Below the pieces are notes generated by a model. The model searched no databases. It saw nothing but the letters and a program-made list of their open reading frames with translations, and had not been told where the DNA came from. DNA of 64,000 bases from Lachnospiraceae bacterium. GTDB lineage: Bacteria > Bacillota > Clostridia > Lachnospirales > Lachnospiraceae. This document shows, one piece after another, positions 28,114 to 37,149 of this stretch (within the stretch, counting starts at the first letter, position 1; each line of letters opens with the position of its first letter). The stretch covers positions 55,633 to 119,632 of the forward strand of contig JAIEFE010000015.1 of assembly GCA_029067085.1 (NCBI GenBank), given 5' to 3'. A program made the translations under genes and the position numbers.

Positions 28114-29832
28114 TTATACAGTATGGCCGGAAAGCGAAATTTTATACAGATTAAACCAATAGCGTTCCAATAAAAAGCTGCCCCGCTCCTCCACCGCAAG
28201 TCCGGCATCGCGCCATTCCTTCACAATGTCGTCCCGGCTGTTGAAGCTGCCGATAAACCAGAGATTTGTGTTTTTGTTTCCGCCCTGATCCGCTTTCAAA
28301 AGCGTTCTGATCTCCTCCGCATCCTCCAGCATTCCACATGGCGTAGTAATCTCCTGAATCAGCTTCTCTCCCTCAACGCGCCACAAAAAGCGGTCCGCCG
28401 TTTCCGGCAGATAATAGCCTGTCACTGCCTGCACCTGATCAAAATTGTAGAGGACACTGTCATCCGGGCCGATCTGCGCAAGCGCTGTCTGCGTTTCCCT
28501 CATGCAGACAATCTTATACTCCTCTTCGCCCATAAAAGCGCGGTAATCCCGTAGCCCTGTTACGATCAGCAGAAAGAGAAATGCAAAGGTGGCGGTACGG
28601 ACGGCACGTTCCCTGCCGGACACTTCTATTGTCTTTTCTTTCGGTTTACATAATTCTCCAACAGCCACCGCCACACTCAGCCAGAAGCAGCCCGCCGCCG
28701 GGATCATATAGCGGTAGACAAAAACGGGACGAAAGAGGAAAGAAGCCAAAAAACCGAATGCCACCAGCCCCGCCAAGACTCCAACGCCCGCCAGAACAAA
28801 GAATGCTTCCTCTTCTTTCTGTCCATGCGCGTTTAAAACTCTACTATTATGGGAGAGTTTGTCGTCTGCTGTCATTTTGCCGTGATCGCGCCACCCTTTC
28901 AGTCCGACATAGAACACCGCAGCACTACAGCCGCAGGTCAACACCACCGCCAGAGCTGCACTCAAGACAGCGCCGGTAAAGGCCGGCTTCATCAGAAACT
29001 TCACGCAGCCCCCCAGAGAGCGCCATGTGAGGGGCAGAATCCAGTAGTTCTCCCCCACCGCGTGAAGCTGACCCGCAAGTGCAGCGAGCCAGGGCGCGTA
29101 GCCTGCGACAGATACCGCCAGACAGACAAGCCACACCTTGATCCGGCTTCGATCCTGCAGGAAAAAGCCGATCAGCACATAGAGATAGACCATCCCCACC
29201 GCCACACAGGCAAAATACTGCGTGTAGGCAGCCGCCAGACCGTAAAGAACGAGGGCCGCGGCGTGGAGCGTGTCGCTCTTCTGCACTCCTGCAGCGTTTC
29301 GAGCGGGTCCGCTTTCGCTTTTCGCCGCCGATCGGTTTACATAACTTCTCACCAATTCACCCGCATGCAAAAAAGCCGCTGTCACAAAGAACATCGCCCA
29401 GCCGTACATCCGCACCTCCACCGTGTAGGCGGAAAGCTGGGGCATCGCCAAAATGCAGAATGAAAACAGTCCGGACACAAGCATTCCGAACCGCCTTCGG
29501 ATAAACGTCACACTGTAGAGTATCAACATGCCGTAAGGCAGAATCGAAGCCAGTTTCGCCAAAACGACGGTGTCAGCCCCCGGCACAATTAGTTTACATA
29601 ACTCAGAAAACAGCTTGACGATACAATAATACAGCGGCGGATGCACGTCTGCCGCTGTAAAGCGAATCAGTTCACCGTAGGAATGCTCTATCATCCCTAC
29701 GGTAAACAATTCATCATACCAGATGTCACTGCTGAAACACAGCATCAGGCTTTTGCCAAGCATCATGACACTGATGCCGAGCAGGAGATATCCTGTCAAA
29801 TCCCCGCCTGTATATTTCTGCTTCTTTTCCAT
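28114..29832 (-). CDS. GT-C fold membrane glycosyltransferase (PMT/GT39-like)
   Basis: WYDELFT, DVHPPLYY, EVRMY, many TM helices. Confidence 0.8.
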   Translation of the reverse strand: MEKKQKYTGGDLTGYLLLGISVMMLGKSLMLCFSSDIWYDELFTVGMIEHSYGELIRFTAADVHPPLYYCIVKLFSELCKLIVPGADTVVLAKLASILPYGMLILYSVTFIRRRFGMLVSGLFSFCILAMPQLSAYTVEVRMYGWAMFFVTAAFLHAGELVRSYVNRSAAKSESGPARNAAGVQKSDTLHAAALVLYGLAAAYTQYFACVAVGMVYLYVLIGFFLQDRSRIKVWLVCLAVSVAGYAPWLAALAGQLHAVGENYWILPLTWRSLGGCVKFLMKPAFTGAVLSAALAVVLTCGCSAAVFYVGLKGWRDHGKMTADDKLSHNSRVLNAHGQKEEEAFFVLAGVGVLAGLVAFGFLASFLFRPVFVYRYMIPAAGCFWLSVAVAVGELCKPKEKTIEVSGRERAVRTATFAFLFLLIVTGLRDYRAFMGEEEYKIVCMRETQTALAQIGPDDSVLYNFDQVQAVTGYYLPETADRFLWRVEGEKLIQEITTPCGMLEDAEEIRTLLKADQGGNKNTNLWFIGSFNSRDDIVKEWRDAGLAVEERGSFLLERYWFNLYKISLSGHTV

Positions 29833-29901
29833 ATACTTCCCTTTGTCTATAGCGCAGGAACCGTCCCGTTCTTTCTTTAGTACGAGCATCCGCACGCGGC
29901 T

Positions 29902-31869
29902 TTACTGTTTCTGTCCCTCCTGCTGCATCTCCTCGCGGATCTCCTTTGTTCGGATCTCCTTACAGATCTGATCAATAAAGTCACCCAGCGGTTTTACACC
30001 CTCGTCGCCCGCATAGCGGCTTCTGACGGACACCGTCTTATCCTCTGCCTCCTGCGCGCCCACTACGAGCATATAAGGCACCTTCGCAAGTCTCGCCTCG
30101 CGGATCTTGAAACCGATCTTCTCGGAGCGGTTATCCACCGTCACGTCAATGTCGTTTCTCGCAAGTTCCTTCCTGATCTCCTCCGCGTAATCGTCATACT
30201 TTTCGGAGATCGTGAGCACACGCACCTGCTCCGGACAAAGCCATGTAGGGAACTTGCCGGCGTATTTTTCGATCAGCCAGGCCAGCGTTCTCTCATAGCA
30301 TCCCAAGGAAGTCCTGTGGATGATATAGGGGCGCACTTTATCGCCGTTTGCGTCGATAAAGTACATATCGAACTGTTCCGCCAACAGCGCATCCCACTGT
30401 ATGGTGATCATGGTGTCATCTTTTCCGTAGACGTTCTTTGCATTGATATCCACCTTCGGTCCGTAGAAAGCAGCCTCACCCACATCCTCGGTAAAGGGAA
30501 TATTAAGCTCCGTCAGGATATCCCGAATATGCGCTTCCGTCTCGTTCCAAACCTCCGGCTCACCGATATATTTTCCCGGATTCTCCGGATCCCACTTAGA
30601 CAGATGCCATGTGGTATCCTCCATCACGCCCAAGGTTGACATAACATGTTTTGCCAGAGCGATACAGCCCTTGAACTCCTCCACCATCTGATCCGGGCGC
30701 ACGATCAAGTGTCCCTCGGAGATGGTGAACTGGCGCACACGGGTCAGGCCGTGCATCTCGCCCGAATCCTCGTTTCTGAAAAGTGTGGAAGTCTCGCCGT
30801 AACGGATAGGCAGGTCACGGTAAGAGTGCTGTGTATTCTTATAGCAGTAATACTGGAAGGGGCAGGTCATAGGACGCAGGGCAAAGACCTCTTTGTCCTT
30901 CTCCTCGTCTCCCAAAACAAACATGCCTTCCTTGTAGTGATCCCAGTGGCCGGACATCTTATAAAGGTCGCTCTTTGCCATAAGGGGGGTCTTCGTCCGC
31001 ACATAGCCCCACTCTTTATCCTCCAGATCCTCGATCCAGCGCTGCAATTTCATCACCATCTTAGTGCCCTTGGGCAAAAGCAGCGGCAGACCCTGTCCGA
31101 TCACATCCACTGTGGTGAAAAGCTCCATCTCCCGCCCCAGCTTATTGTGATCGCGGCGTTTGATGTCCTCCAAATGCTCCAGATAAGCCTCCAGCTCTTC
31201 CTTCTTGGCAAAGGCCGTTCCATAGATACGCTGCAGCTGGGCTCTGTTAGAGTCACCCCGCCAGTAAGCCATAGAGGACGAGATCAGCTTGTAAGCCTTG
31301 ATGTTTTTCGTGCTCATCAGATGGGGGCCGGCGCACAGATCCACAAAGCCGCCCTGATCATAGAAGGAGATCTCCGCATCCTCCGGCAGATCCTGAATCA
31401 GCTCCACCTTGTAGGGCTCGTTTCTCTCCTCCATATATTTAATAGCCTCATCTCTGGGCAGGGTAAAGCGCTCCAGCTTATGCCCCTCCTTGATGATCTT
31501 CTTCATCTCCGCCTCCAGCTTATCCAGATCCTCTCTGGAAAAAGGCGCCGCATCGAAATCATAGTAGAAGCCCTCCTCGATAGCGGGCCCTATGGTCACC
31601 TTCGCCTCCGGGAACAGCCGCTTTACCGCCTCCGCCAGCACATGGGACGTTGTATGTCTGACAACCCTAAGCCCCTCCGGGTCGTTGGCTGTCAAAATAT
31701 TTAGCTGGCAATCCGCGTCAATGACCGTCCGCAGATCTTTCACCTCTCCGTCCACCTCACCGGCACAGGCCGCGCGGGCAAGGCCTTCTGAAATGTCGAG
31801 CGCAATGTCATAGATACTCATAGCCTGCGCATACTCTTTTACCGAACCGTCTTTTAAAGTAATTTTCAT
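29902..31869 (-). CDS. thrS: Threonine--tRNA ligase
   Basis: TGS domain, RHTTSH, DLCAGPH, RDHNKLG, SGHWDHY, RPMTCP, GEAAFYGPK. Confidence 0.98.
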   Translation of the reverse strand: MKITLKDGSVKEYAQAMSIYDIALDISEGLARAACAGEVDGEVKDLRTVIDADCQLNILTANDPEGLRVVRHTTSHVLAEAVKRLFPEAKVTIGPAIEEGFYYDFDAAPFSREDLDKLEAEMKKIIKEGHKLERFTLPRDEAIKYMEERNEPYKVELIQDLPEDAEISFYDQGGFVDLCAGPHLMSTKNIKAYKLISSSMAYWRGDSNRAQLQRIYGTAFAKKEELEAYLEHLEDIKRRDHNKLGREMELFTTVDVIGQGLPLLLPKGTKMVMKLQRWIEDLEDKEWGYVRTKTPLMAKSDLYKMSGHWDHYKEGMFVLGDEEKDKEVFALRPMTCPFQYYCYKNTQHSYRDLPIRYGETSTLFRNEDSGEMHGLTRVRQFTISEGHLIVRPDQMVEEFKGCIALAKHVMSTLGVMEDTTWHLSKWDPENPGKYIGEPEVWNETEAHIRDILTELNIPFTEDVGEAAFYGPKVDINAKNVYGKDDTMITIQWDALLAEQFDMYFIDANGDKVRPYIIHRTSLGCYERTLAWLIEKYAGKFPTWLCPEQVRVLTISEKYDDYAEEIRKELARNDIDVTVDNRSEKIGFKIREARLAKVPYMLVVGAQEAEDKTVSVRSRYAGDEGVKPLGDFIDQICKEIRTKEIREEMQQEGQKQ

Positions 31870-31936
31870 AATGTTCCTCCATTCCAATGTGATCTATCCC
31901 GTTATCTGTTTTTTATCGTTTCCTCTGCCGTCTGTT

Positions 31937-32242
31937 TTACTCGTTCCCGACTTCACATCCATAATACTGGTCACCGGATGGACCGCTGCTGCCGACTTCA
32001 CAACCATGATATTGGTTTCCTGTATTGCTTCCGTTTCCGCTTCCGTTATTCGTATTGTGCGATAAAATATGAATTCCCTGCGTCAGCGGCGCTGTCAAAA
32101 AGCCGATGCAGATTCCCGCCAAAAAACAAATTGCTCCGATCAGACAGAAATCCAGTTTGGTGAACGTGATCTCGTCTCTCATAAAATCACCGGTCATTTC
32201 TTTCAGCTCCGTCGCTCTCTCCCTTAATTCTGATTTAGTCAT
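31937..32242 (-). CDS. Small single-TM hypothetical protein
   Basis: AGAAAGGAG RBS, TM segment FCLIGAICFLAGICIGFLTAP, NNGSGNGSN, duplicated QYxGCEVG. Confidence 0.65.
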   Translation of the reverse strand: MTKSELRERATELKEMTGDFMRDEITFTKLDFCLIGAICFLAGICIGFLTAPLTQGIHILSHNTNNGSGNGSNTGNQYHGCEVGSSGPSGDQYYGCEVGNE

Positions 32243-32270
32243 GATTTTCTCTCCTTTCTTTCTATTTTGC

Positions 32271-32391
32271 CGTATAAGCAGATTCGAGATGCTCCGCATC
32301 TCTCATTCGCGTTGCTCGTCATAAACCGTCATAGACAGCCTCGTATGCAAGCACACGTCTGTCTCTGCCGCTTTCTGACTCTGCTTATACG
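32271..32391. repeat. ~121-bp REP/MITE-like element with terminal inverted repeats
   Basis: CGTATAAGCAGA...TCTGCTTATACG ends; internal hairpin GAGATGC-TCC-GCATCTC. Confidence 0.75.
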
Positions 32392-32393
32392 CG

Positions 32394-32632
32394 AAAAATC
32401 CCCTGCACTGCCGCTATGGCAATGCAGAGGACGTATGTTTACGCGGTTCCACCTCTCTTGTTTCGCGCGCGCAGGGGCGGCTTACCGAAACCACTCATTC
32501 GACTGTAACGTAAGTCAGCGGGCCGTATTAAGGCCACTCGGAGTCGGTCTTCAAATGTTTCCCGCAAAAGCGTTTCCAGCTCACGACGCTTCTCTCTGTT
32601 ACGTTCCGCATCCTACTCTTCTCGTCAACGTG
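32394..32632 (-). ncRNA. T-box riboswitch (Thr, specifier ACC)
   Basis: AGAGA and GCTGGAA stem I motifs, GAAG-ACC specifier (32546-32548), GAGGTGGAACCGCG T-box, terminator hairpin plus T-run. Confidence 0.9.
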
Positions 32633-32753
32633 TTATTCTTATAAATTATATCCCTATTCTATGTCAGAAAATCTGAAATGTAAAGTGTATTTTTTGCTAA
32701 TTCAGTCTTCTCCAAAAATAGTTTACATAATTTTTCAGCTCTACTGTCTGAAT

Positions 32754-33260
32754 TTATGCGTTCTTCCCACAGCACTTCTTATACTTCTTGCCGCTGCCGC
32801 AAGGACAGGGATCGTTGGGATAGACTTTCGGCTCCTTGTGGACGGTGGTGGATTCCTTCTGCTCCCTGTAGAGCGCTTTTCTCTTATCCTCATCGAAGAT
32901 ATCGTTCCACTCTTCCAGCCCGTAAAGCCAGTCCGCGCCCGCCGCTACCATGTTTTTATAGAGCAGCTCCTTGTCAAAGCCCAGACTTACCTTGGTGTCC
33001 TCCTCCATCTCCTCAATGGGATTGGCCTTTTTCAGGCTGTCGTTGATGCCGTCCAAAAAGCCCGTCATCGTCATAATATCCACTTCGAATTTCTCAGCCA
33101 GCTCCTTCACCGTACCCTTTACCGCCTTGTCGGGGGTCTTTAAAAGCTGGGCATAAATCTCTTTCTCCTTCTGAAAATATTCGGCCCAAAGCCTCTGCAG
33201 GCTGCCCTTGTCCGTCGTCTCAGAATAAGCCATATCGCGCCAATTTTGTAATAATGCCAT
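32754..33260 (-). CDS. SEC-C metal-binding domain protein
   Basis: C-terminal [18 protein letters not shown]. Confidence 0.9.
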   Translation of the reverse strand: MALLQNWRDMAYSETTDKGSLQRLWAEYFQKEKEIYAQLLKTPDKAVKGTVKELAEKFEVDIMTMTGFLDGINDSLKKANPIEEMEEDTKVSLGFDKELLYKNMVAAGADWLYGLEEWNDIFDEDKRKALYREQKESTTVHKEPKVYPNDPCPCGSGKKYKKCCGKNA

Positions 33261-33477
33261 TATATCGTACCACCTTTATCCTGTATTCCGGGGCGGCCTT
33301 TTGTCTGTCGATCCTGCCGCTGCCCGTCGATGCGTCGCCGCATTCATGAACTAAGTATATAACATTTTTCTGAAAAAGTAAAATTTATCTTTCCTGAAAG
33401 ATCGGTCATTTTAAAAAATATATGACAAATTATAATTTTCCTGTATATCCTCCCAAAAAACCGGCAACAATGATAGT

Positions 33478-33557
33478 GTGCCAAAGATAAGGAAATACTT
33501 ATCCTCCCCTATTTTGGAAAGCCCCGCTGCCGCAAAAATGCGACCGCGGGGTTTTTC
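33478..33557 (+). ncRNA. Candidate small RNA with exposed CUCCCCU and intrinsic terminator
   Basis: Upstream GTATA-15 bp-GGCAACAATG (33443-33472), hairpin GATAAG/CTTATC, terminator CCCCGC...GCGGGG-TTTTT. Confidence 0.5.
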
Positions 33558-33574
33558 TGTTTATACTCCCGAAT

Positions 33575-34507
33575 TCATACGCCCTCACCGTTAAATTCCG
33601 GCACAAAGCTCTCCTTCGCGGTATCACCCTCCTGAACAAAGGCATTTTTCACACCAAGTTCAACGGCATACTCCACGACTGCCTCATACTCTCTCCTCGT
33701 AACCTTCCGATACAGTTCCTCACAGTCTGTCCGCTCCGCAATGCCTGAAACGGGAGTGTACTGATTCATAATGCTTAAAATAACACTGTCACCGTAGGTC
33801 TCGTGGACATAACGGATCACATCTTTAGCGTTTTTCTTATGCCCCGGCAGAAGAAGGTGCCTGACAATGACACCCCGGCGCAGTATGCCGTTTTTGTCAA
33901 AGCATGGGGTCGGCAATGCAGCGTTCTGAGTTATGTTAACCATCTCATCCAGCGCTCTTTTCGCCGTCTCCGGATAATCCGGTGCATGGGAGAAGCGCTC
34001 CGCAAGCGATGCGTCCATATACTTAAAGTCCGTCAGAAATACGTCCACCATCCCCGAAAGGCTCCTGATCGCCTCCGGCTTCTCGTATCCGCTCCCGTTA
34101 TATACAATCGGCAGGAAAAGTCCCCTCGCCTTCGCCTGCAATACAGCCTCTGACACAGCGGTCCAATAATGATCGGGCGTGACCAGATTGATGTTCTCAG
34201 CGCCTTTCGCCTGCAATTCCAGAAAAATTTCCGCAAGCCGCTCCACCGTGACAGGTTTTCCCGCCCCGCCCGATGCGATCTCGTGATTCTGACAGTAGAC
34301 ACAGCGCAGGTTACACCCCGAGAAGAACACCGTGCCGGAGCCGCCCTTTCCTGAAATGCAAGGCTCCTCCCATCCGTGCAGCGCCGCCCGTGCCACATAG
34401 ATCCGGCTGTCCGACTGACAGTACCCTTTTTCTCCCGCGTCTCTGTCCGCTCCGCACTCTCTCGGGCAGAGATTGCAGGGGCTTGTGCATAGTTTTTCCA
34501 TACTCAT
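33575..34507 (-). CDS. Radical SAM protein, PflX-like
   Basis: CNLCPRECG, CNLRCVYCQN, NINLVTP, RHLLLPG. Confidence 0.88.
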   Translation of the reverse strand: MSMEKLCTSPCNLCPRECGADRDAGEKGYCQSDSRIYVARAALHGWEEPCISGKGGSGTVFFSGCNLRCVYCQNHEIASGGAGKPVTVERLAEIFLELQAKGAENINLVTPDHYWTAVSEAVLQAKARGLFLPIVYNGSGYEKPEAIRSLSGMVDVFLTDFKYMDASLAERFSHAPDYPETAKRALDEMVNITQNAALPTPCFDKNGILRRGVIVRHLLLPGHKKNAKDVIRYVHETYGDSVILSIMNQYTPVSGIAERTDCEELYRKVTRREYEAVVEYAVELGVKNAFVQEGDTAKESFVPEFNGEGV

Positions 34508-34588
34508 CCTTATTTCTGCATATAACCGAGTTTGTGGCAAGCAACGCGCAGACACAAATCTCGCGATTAAAAACTTGTTTTTAATCAG

Positions 34589-37102
34589 TTATCTGATCTG
34601 ATACACCGACTTCAGCGTAAAGTCCGTGGCATCGCCCTCTACGATCTCCACCCGTCTCTCTCCGGGATTCAAGTCGAAGAAATTATCGGAGAGCTTCACA
34701 TCGCCGTCCACACCCTGAATCTCCACACTTTTTGCATAGGCCACCGCAGTGATGACCAAAGTGCCGCCCTCCCTGCGCCATGACAATTTCGGGTCATGAA
34801 ATCCAAAATGCTTGGGTGCGGTAAACAGGCTGGTGCCTTCCGATACCACCGTGCCCTCCTGCTCGAAGAAGTAACTTATGTAAACCTCTAACTCATCATA
34901 ATCAGAAAAATCCAGTTTTTCAAGCCAAAAGCCGGAAAGCGGCTCCACGATGATCTCCTGCGCCCCTTCCAGAAGCACTTCCCCGCAGGCTTTTCTCAGA
35001 CTCCATCTCACTGTACCCTTTACCTGTGTCATCGTCTCATTCGCTACATGCAGTCTCGCAGACTTCTCGATCGACACAGGCTGCGCCACGCAGAAAGGTC
35101 TTTCGGAAAGCTCGCCAACCTCCTCACAGGAGATCATCACCGGCGCGAAGGCTCTCTTTTCCACATAGTGCAGTGCCTTCCACCGGCCGTAATAGTCAAT
35201 GCCCGCCCAGGAAGCCACCGGCCAGATATCGTTTAACTGCCACACCACGGTGCCCATACATCTGCCCCGATTCCTTCTGAAATGCTCGATCCCGTAGCGG
35301 ATCGCGTCCGCCTGCAGAAGCTGGGAAGCGTACAGCAGCATCTCAAAGTCCCTCGGGTAAAGGTAAGTAGCCGACAGGTACGTCAAAATCTTGCCGTTGG
35401 CCCCCACATTTCTCTGATGCATCTCCATCACGCGGGAAAAGATATTCCGGTCCTCCGGCGCGGTAAATGTCTCTACCGTCTTTAAACAGGGAAAGGACTG
35501 AAACCCGAATTCAGACAGATAGCGGAAATAGTAATTCCGGTAATCCGTAAAGGGCTTGTTCCCGTGCCATACCGCCCAATAGTGGGTGTCTCCTCTATTT
35601 TCGTTCCAAGGATCATCATAGTTTCCCCCCGATGAGGGCGAGGAAGGCCAGTAAAAGGTATCGGGATCTTCCTCCTTCAGAATCTTCGGAATGATGTATT
35701 CAAAAATCTTAATATAATCACACTTCTGTTTCATGGACGGCTGCCACGCGCCATCCAGTGTCTGCGTCTCCATCTCGTTGTTGCCGCACCACAATCCCAG
35801 GCAGGCGTGGTGGCGGATCCTGCGTACATTGTCGCGAATCTCTTCTCTGATATTCCACTCAAAGTCTTTGTCCAGCTCATAGGATGCGCAGGCAAACATA
35901 AAGTCCTGCCAGACGATCAAACCCAGCTCATCGCAGAGATCAAAAAACCAGTCATCCGGATAATAACCACCGCCCCACACACGGATGCAGTTGTGGTTCG
36001 CCGCCACAGCGTCCTTCAGAAGACGACGGGTGCGCTCCGGTGTGATCCTGGAAAAAAGATTGTCCTCCGGGATATAGTCCGCTCCCATGGCAAAAATCTT
36101 CACCCCGTTTACCTCGTGGGCAAAGCACTGTCCCCACTCGTCTTTGTCCGTATTCACTGTCAGGGTGCGCAGCCCGATCCGGCGGCTCCAATGATCCAGC
36201 ACGCAGCCCTCCTCGTCCAGAAGCGTCACCTCCGCCCGGTAGAGCGGCTGTTCCCCATAGCCGTTTGGCCACCAGCGCTTTGGATTTTTCACGGTAATGG
36301 TGTCCCACGCTTCCGTCCCCTCATTTTCGTCTCTTTCCGCTTCCTTCGAAGACTTCTCCGCAATCAGCACGCCGTCCGGATCGTAGAGGGCCGTGCGCAG
36401 CTCGTGTGCGTCCCCGTAGTCATCCTCGCCCCCAAAGATACGACGTGTTATAATATATGTTATGTCAACCTCATCCGTCGTTTTCCAATTCTGCTTTATG
36501 TAAACCTGTGAAATCGCCGCCTTTTTCCCGGATACAACAGAAACTTCCCGGAATATCCCCGCATCAGGCAGTCTCGGTCCCCAATCCCAGCCAAACATGC
36601 AATGCGCCTTGCGCAGATGGGGAAAACCGCGCATGGCATCCCCGGAGCCGCCCGTAAAGACCTTCCGGTTCTCCTCCTCTATGTAGCGGGTGGGCGAAGC
36701 GATCTCCACCATAAGTTCGTTTTCACCCACTCTCGCTGCATGCCCGATCGAAAACTCCCAGATGCGATGCATATTGTTTGTATTTCCCAAAAATCTTCCG
36801 TTCAGATAAATCTTAGCAAGAGTATCGATCCCCTCAAAGAACAAAAGCAGGAAATCTCCCGCAAGCTGCTCCTCGGTAAGCGTAAAGACCGTCCAAAAGC
36901 GGAAATCATTCTCCATCAGGCGCAGAGCCTCCAGCTCGTTCATCCCGTCATAGGGATCCGGCATGAGTCCCTGCCGTAAAAGATTACCGTAGACCGAACC
37001 GGGAATCTTCGCGGGAAGCTCCCTGCCGTTCACACCGTAGACATCCGCTTCCCCCAGGATCTCCATCCGCCAGTTATCACCGTTTAAGGACATTTTATTC
37101 AT
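34589..37102 (-). CDS. GH2 beta-mannosidase-like glycoside hydrolase
   Basis: GWDWGP, RVWGGG, WQDFMFAC, WCGNNE, SEFGFQS, WQLNDIWP. Confidence 0.92.
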   Translation of the reverse strand: MNKMSLNGDNWRMEILGEADVYGVNGRELPAKIPGSVYGNLLRQGLMPDPYDGMNELEALRLMENDFRFWTVFTLTEEQLAGDFLLLFFEGIDTLAKIYLNGRFLGNTNNMHRIWEFSIGHAARVGENELMVEIASPTRYIEEENRKVFTGGSGDAMRGFPHLRKAHCMFGWDWGPRLPDAGIFREVSVVSGKKAAISQVYIKQNWKTTDEVDITYIITRRIFGGEDDYGDAHELRTALYDPDGVLIAEKSSKEAERDENEGTEAWDTITVKNPKRWWPNGYGEQPLYRAEVTLLDEEGCVLDHWSRRIGLRTLTVNTDKDEWGQCFAHEVNGVKIFAMGADYIPEDNLFSRITPERTRRLLKDAVAANHNCIRVWGGGYYPDDWFFDLCDELGLIVWQDFMFACASYELDKDFEWNIREEIRDNVRRIRHHACLGLWCGNNEMETQTLDGAWQPSMKQKCDYIKIFEYIIPKILKEEDPDTFYWPSSPSSGGNYDDPWNENRGDTHYWAVWHGNKPFTDYRNYYFRYLSEFGFQSFPCLKTVETFTAPEDRNIFSRVMEMHQRNVGANGKILTYLSATYLYPRDFEMLLYASQLLQADAIRYGIEHFRRNRGRCMGTVVWQLNDIWPVASWAGIDYYGRWKALHYVEKRAFAPVMISCEEVGELSERPFCVAQPVSIEKSARLHVANETMTQVKGTVRWSLRKACGEVLLEGAQEIIVEPLSGFWLEKLDFSDYDELEVYISYFFEQEGTVVSEGTSLFTAPKHFGFHDPKLSWRREGGTLVITAVAYAKSVEIQGVDGDVKLSDNFFDLNPGERRVEIVEGDATDFTLKSVYQIR

Positions 37103-37149
37103 CTCGGTCTCCTCTCTCGCAATTCTGCTCGATTCCGCTTCGCTTCCTC

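Noticed and set aside
32754-33260. secA fragment
   Set aside because: Only the SEC-C motif is shared; it is an intact stand-alone small protein.
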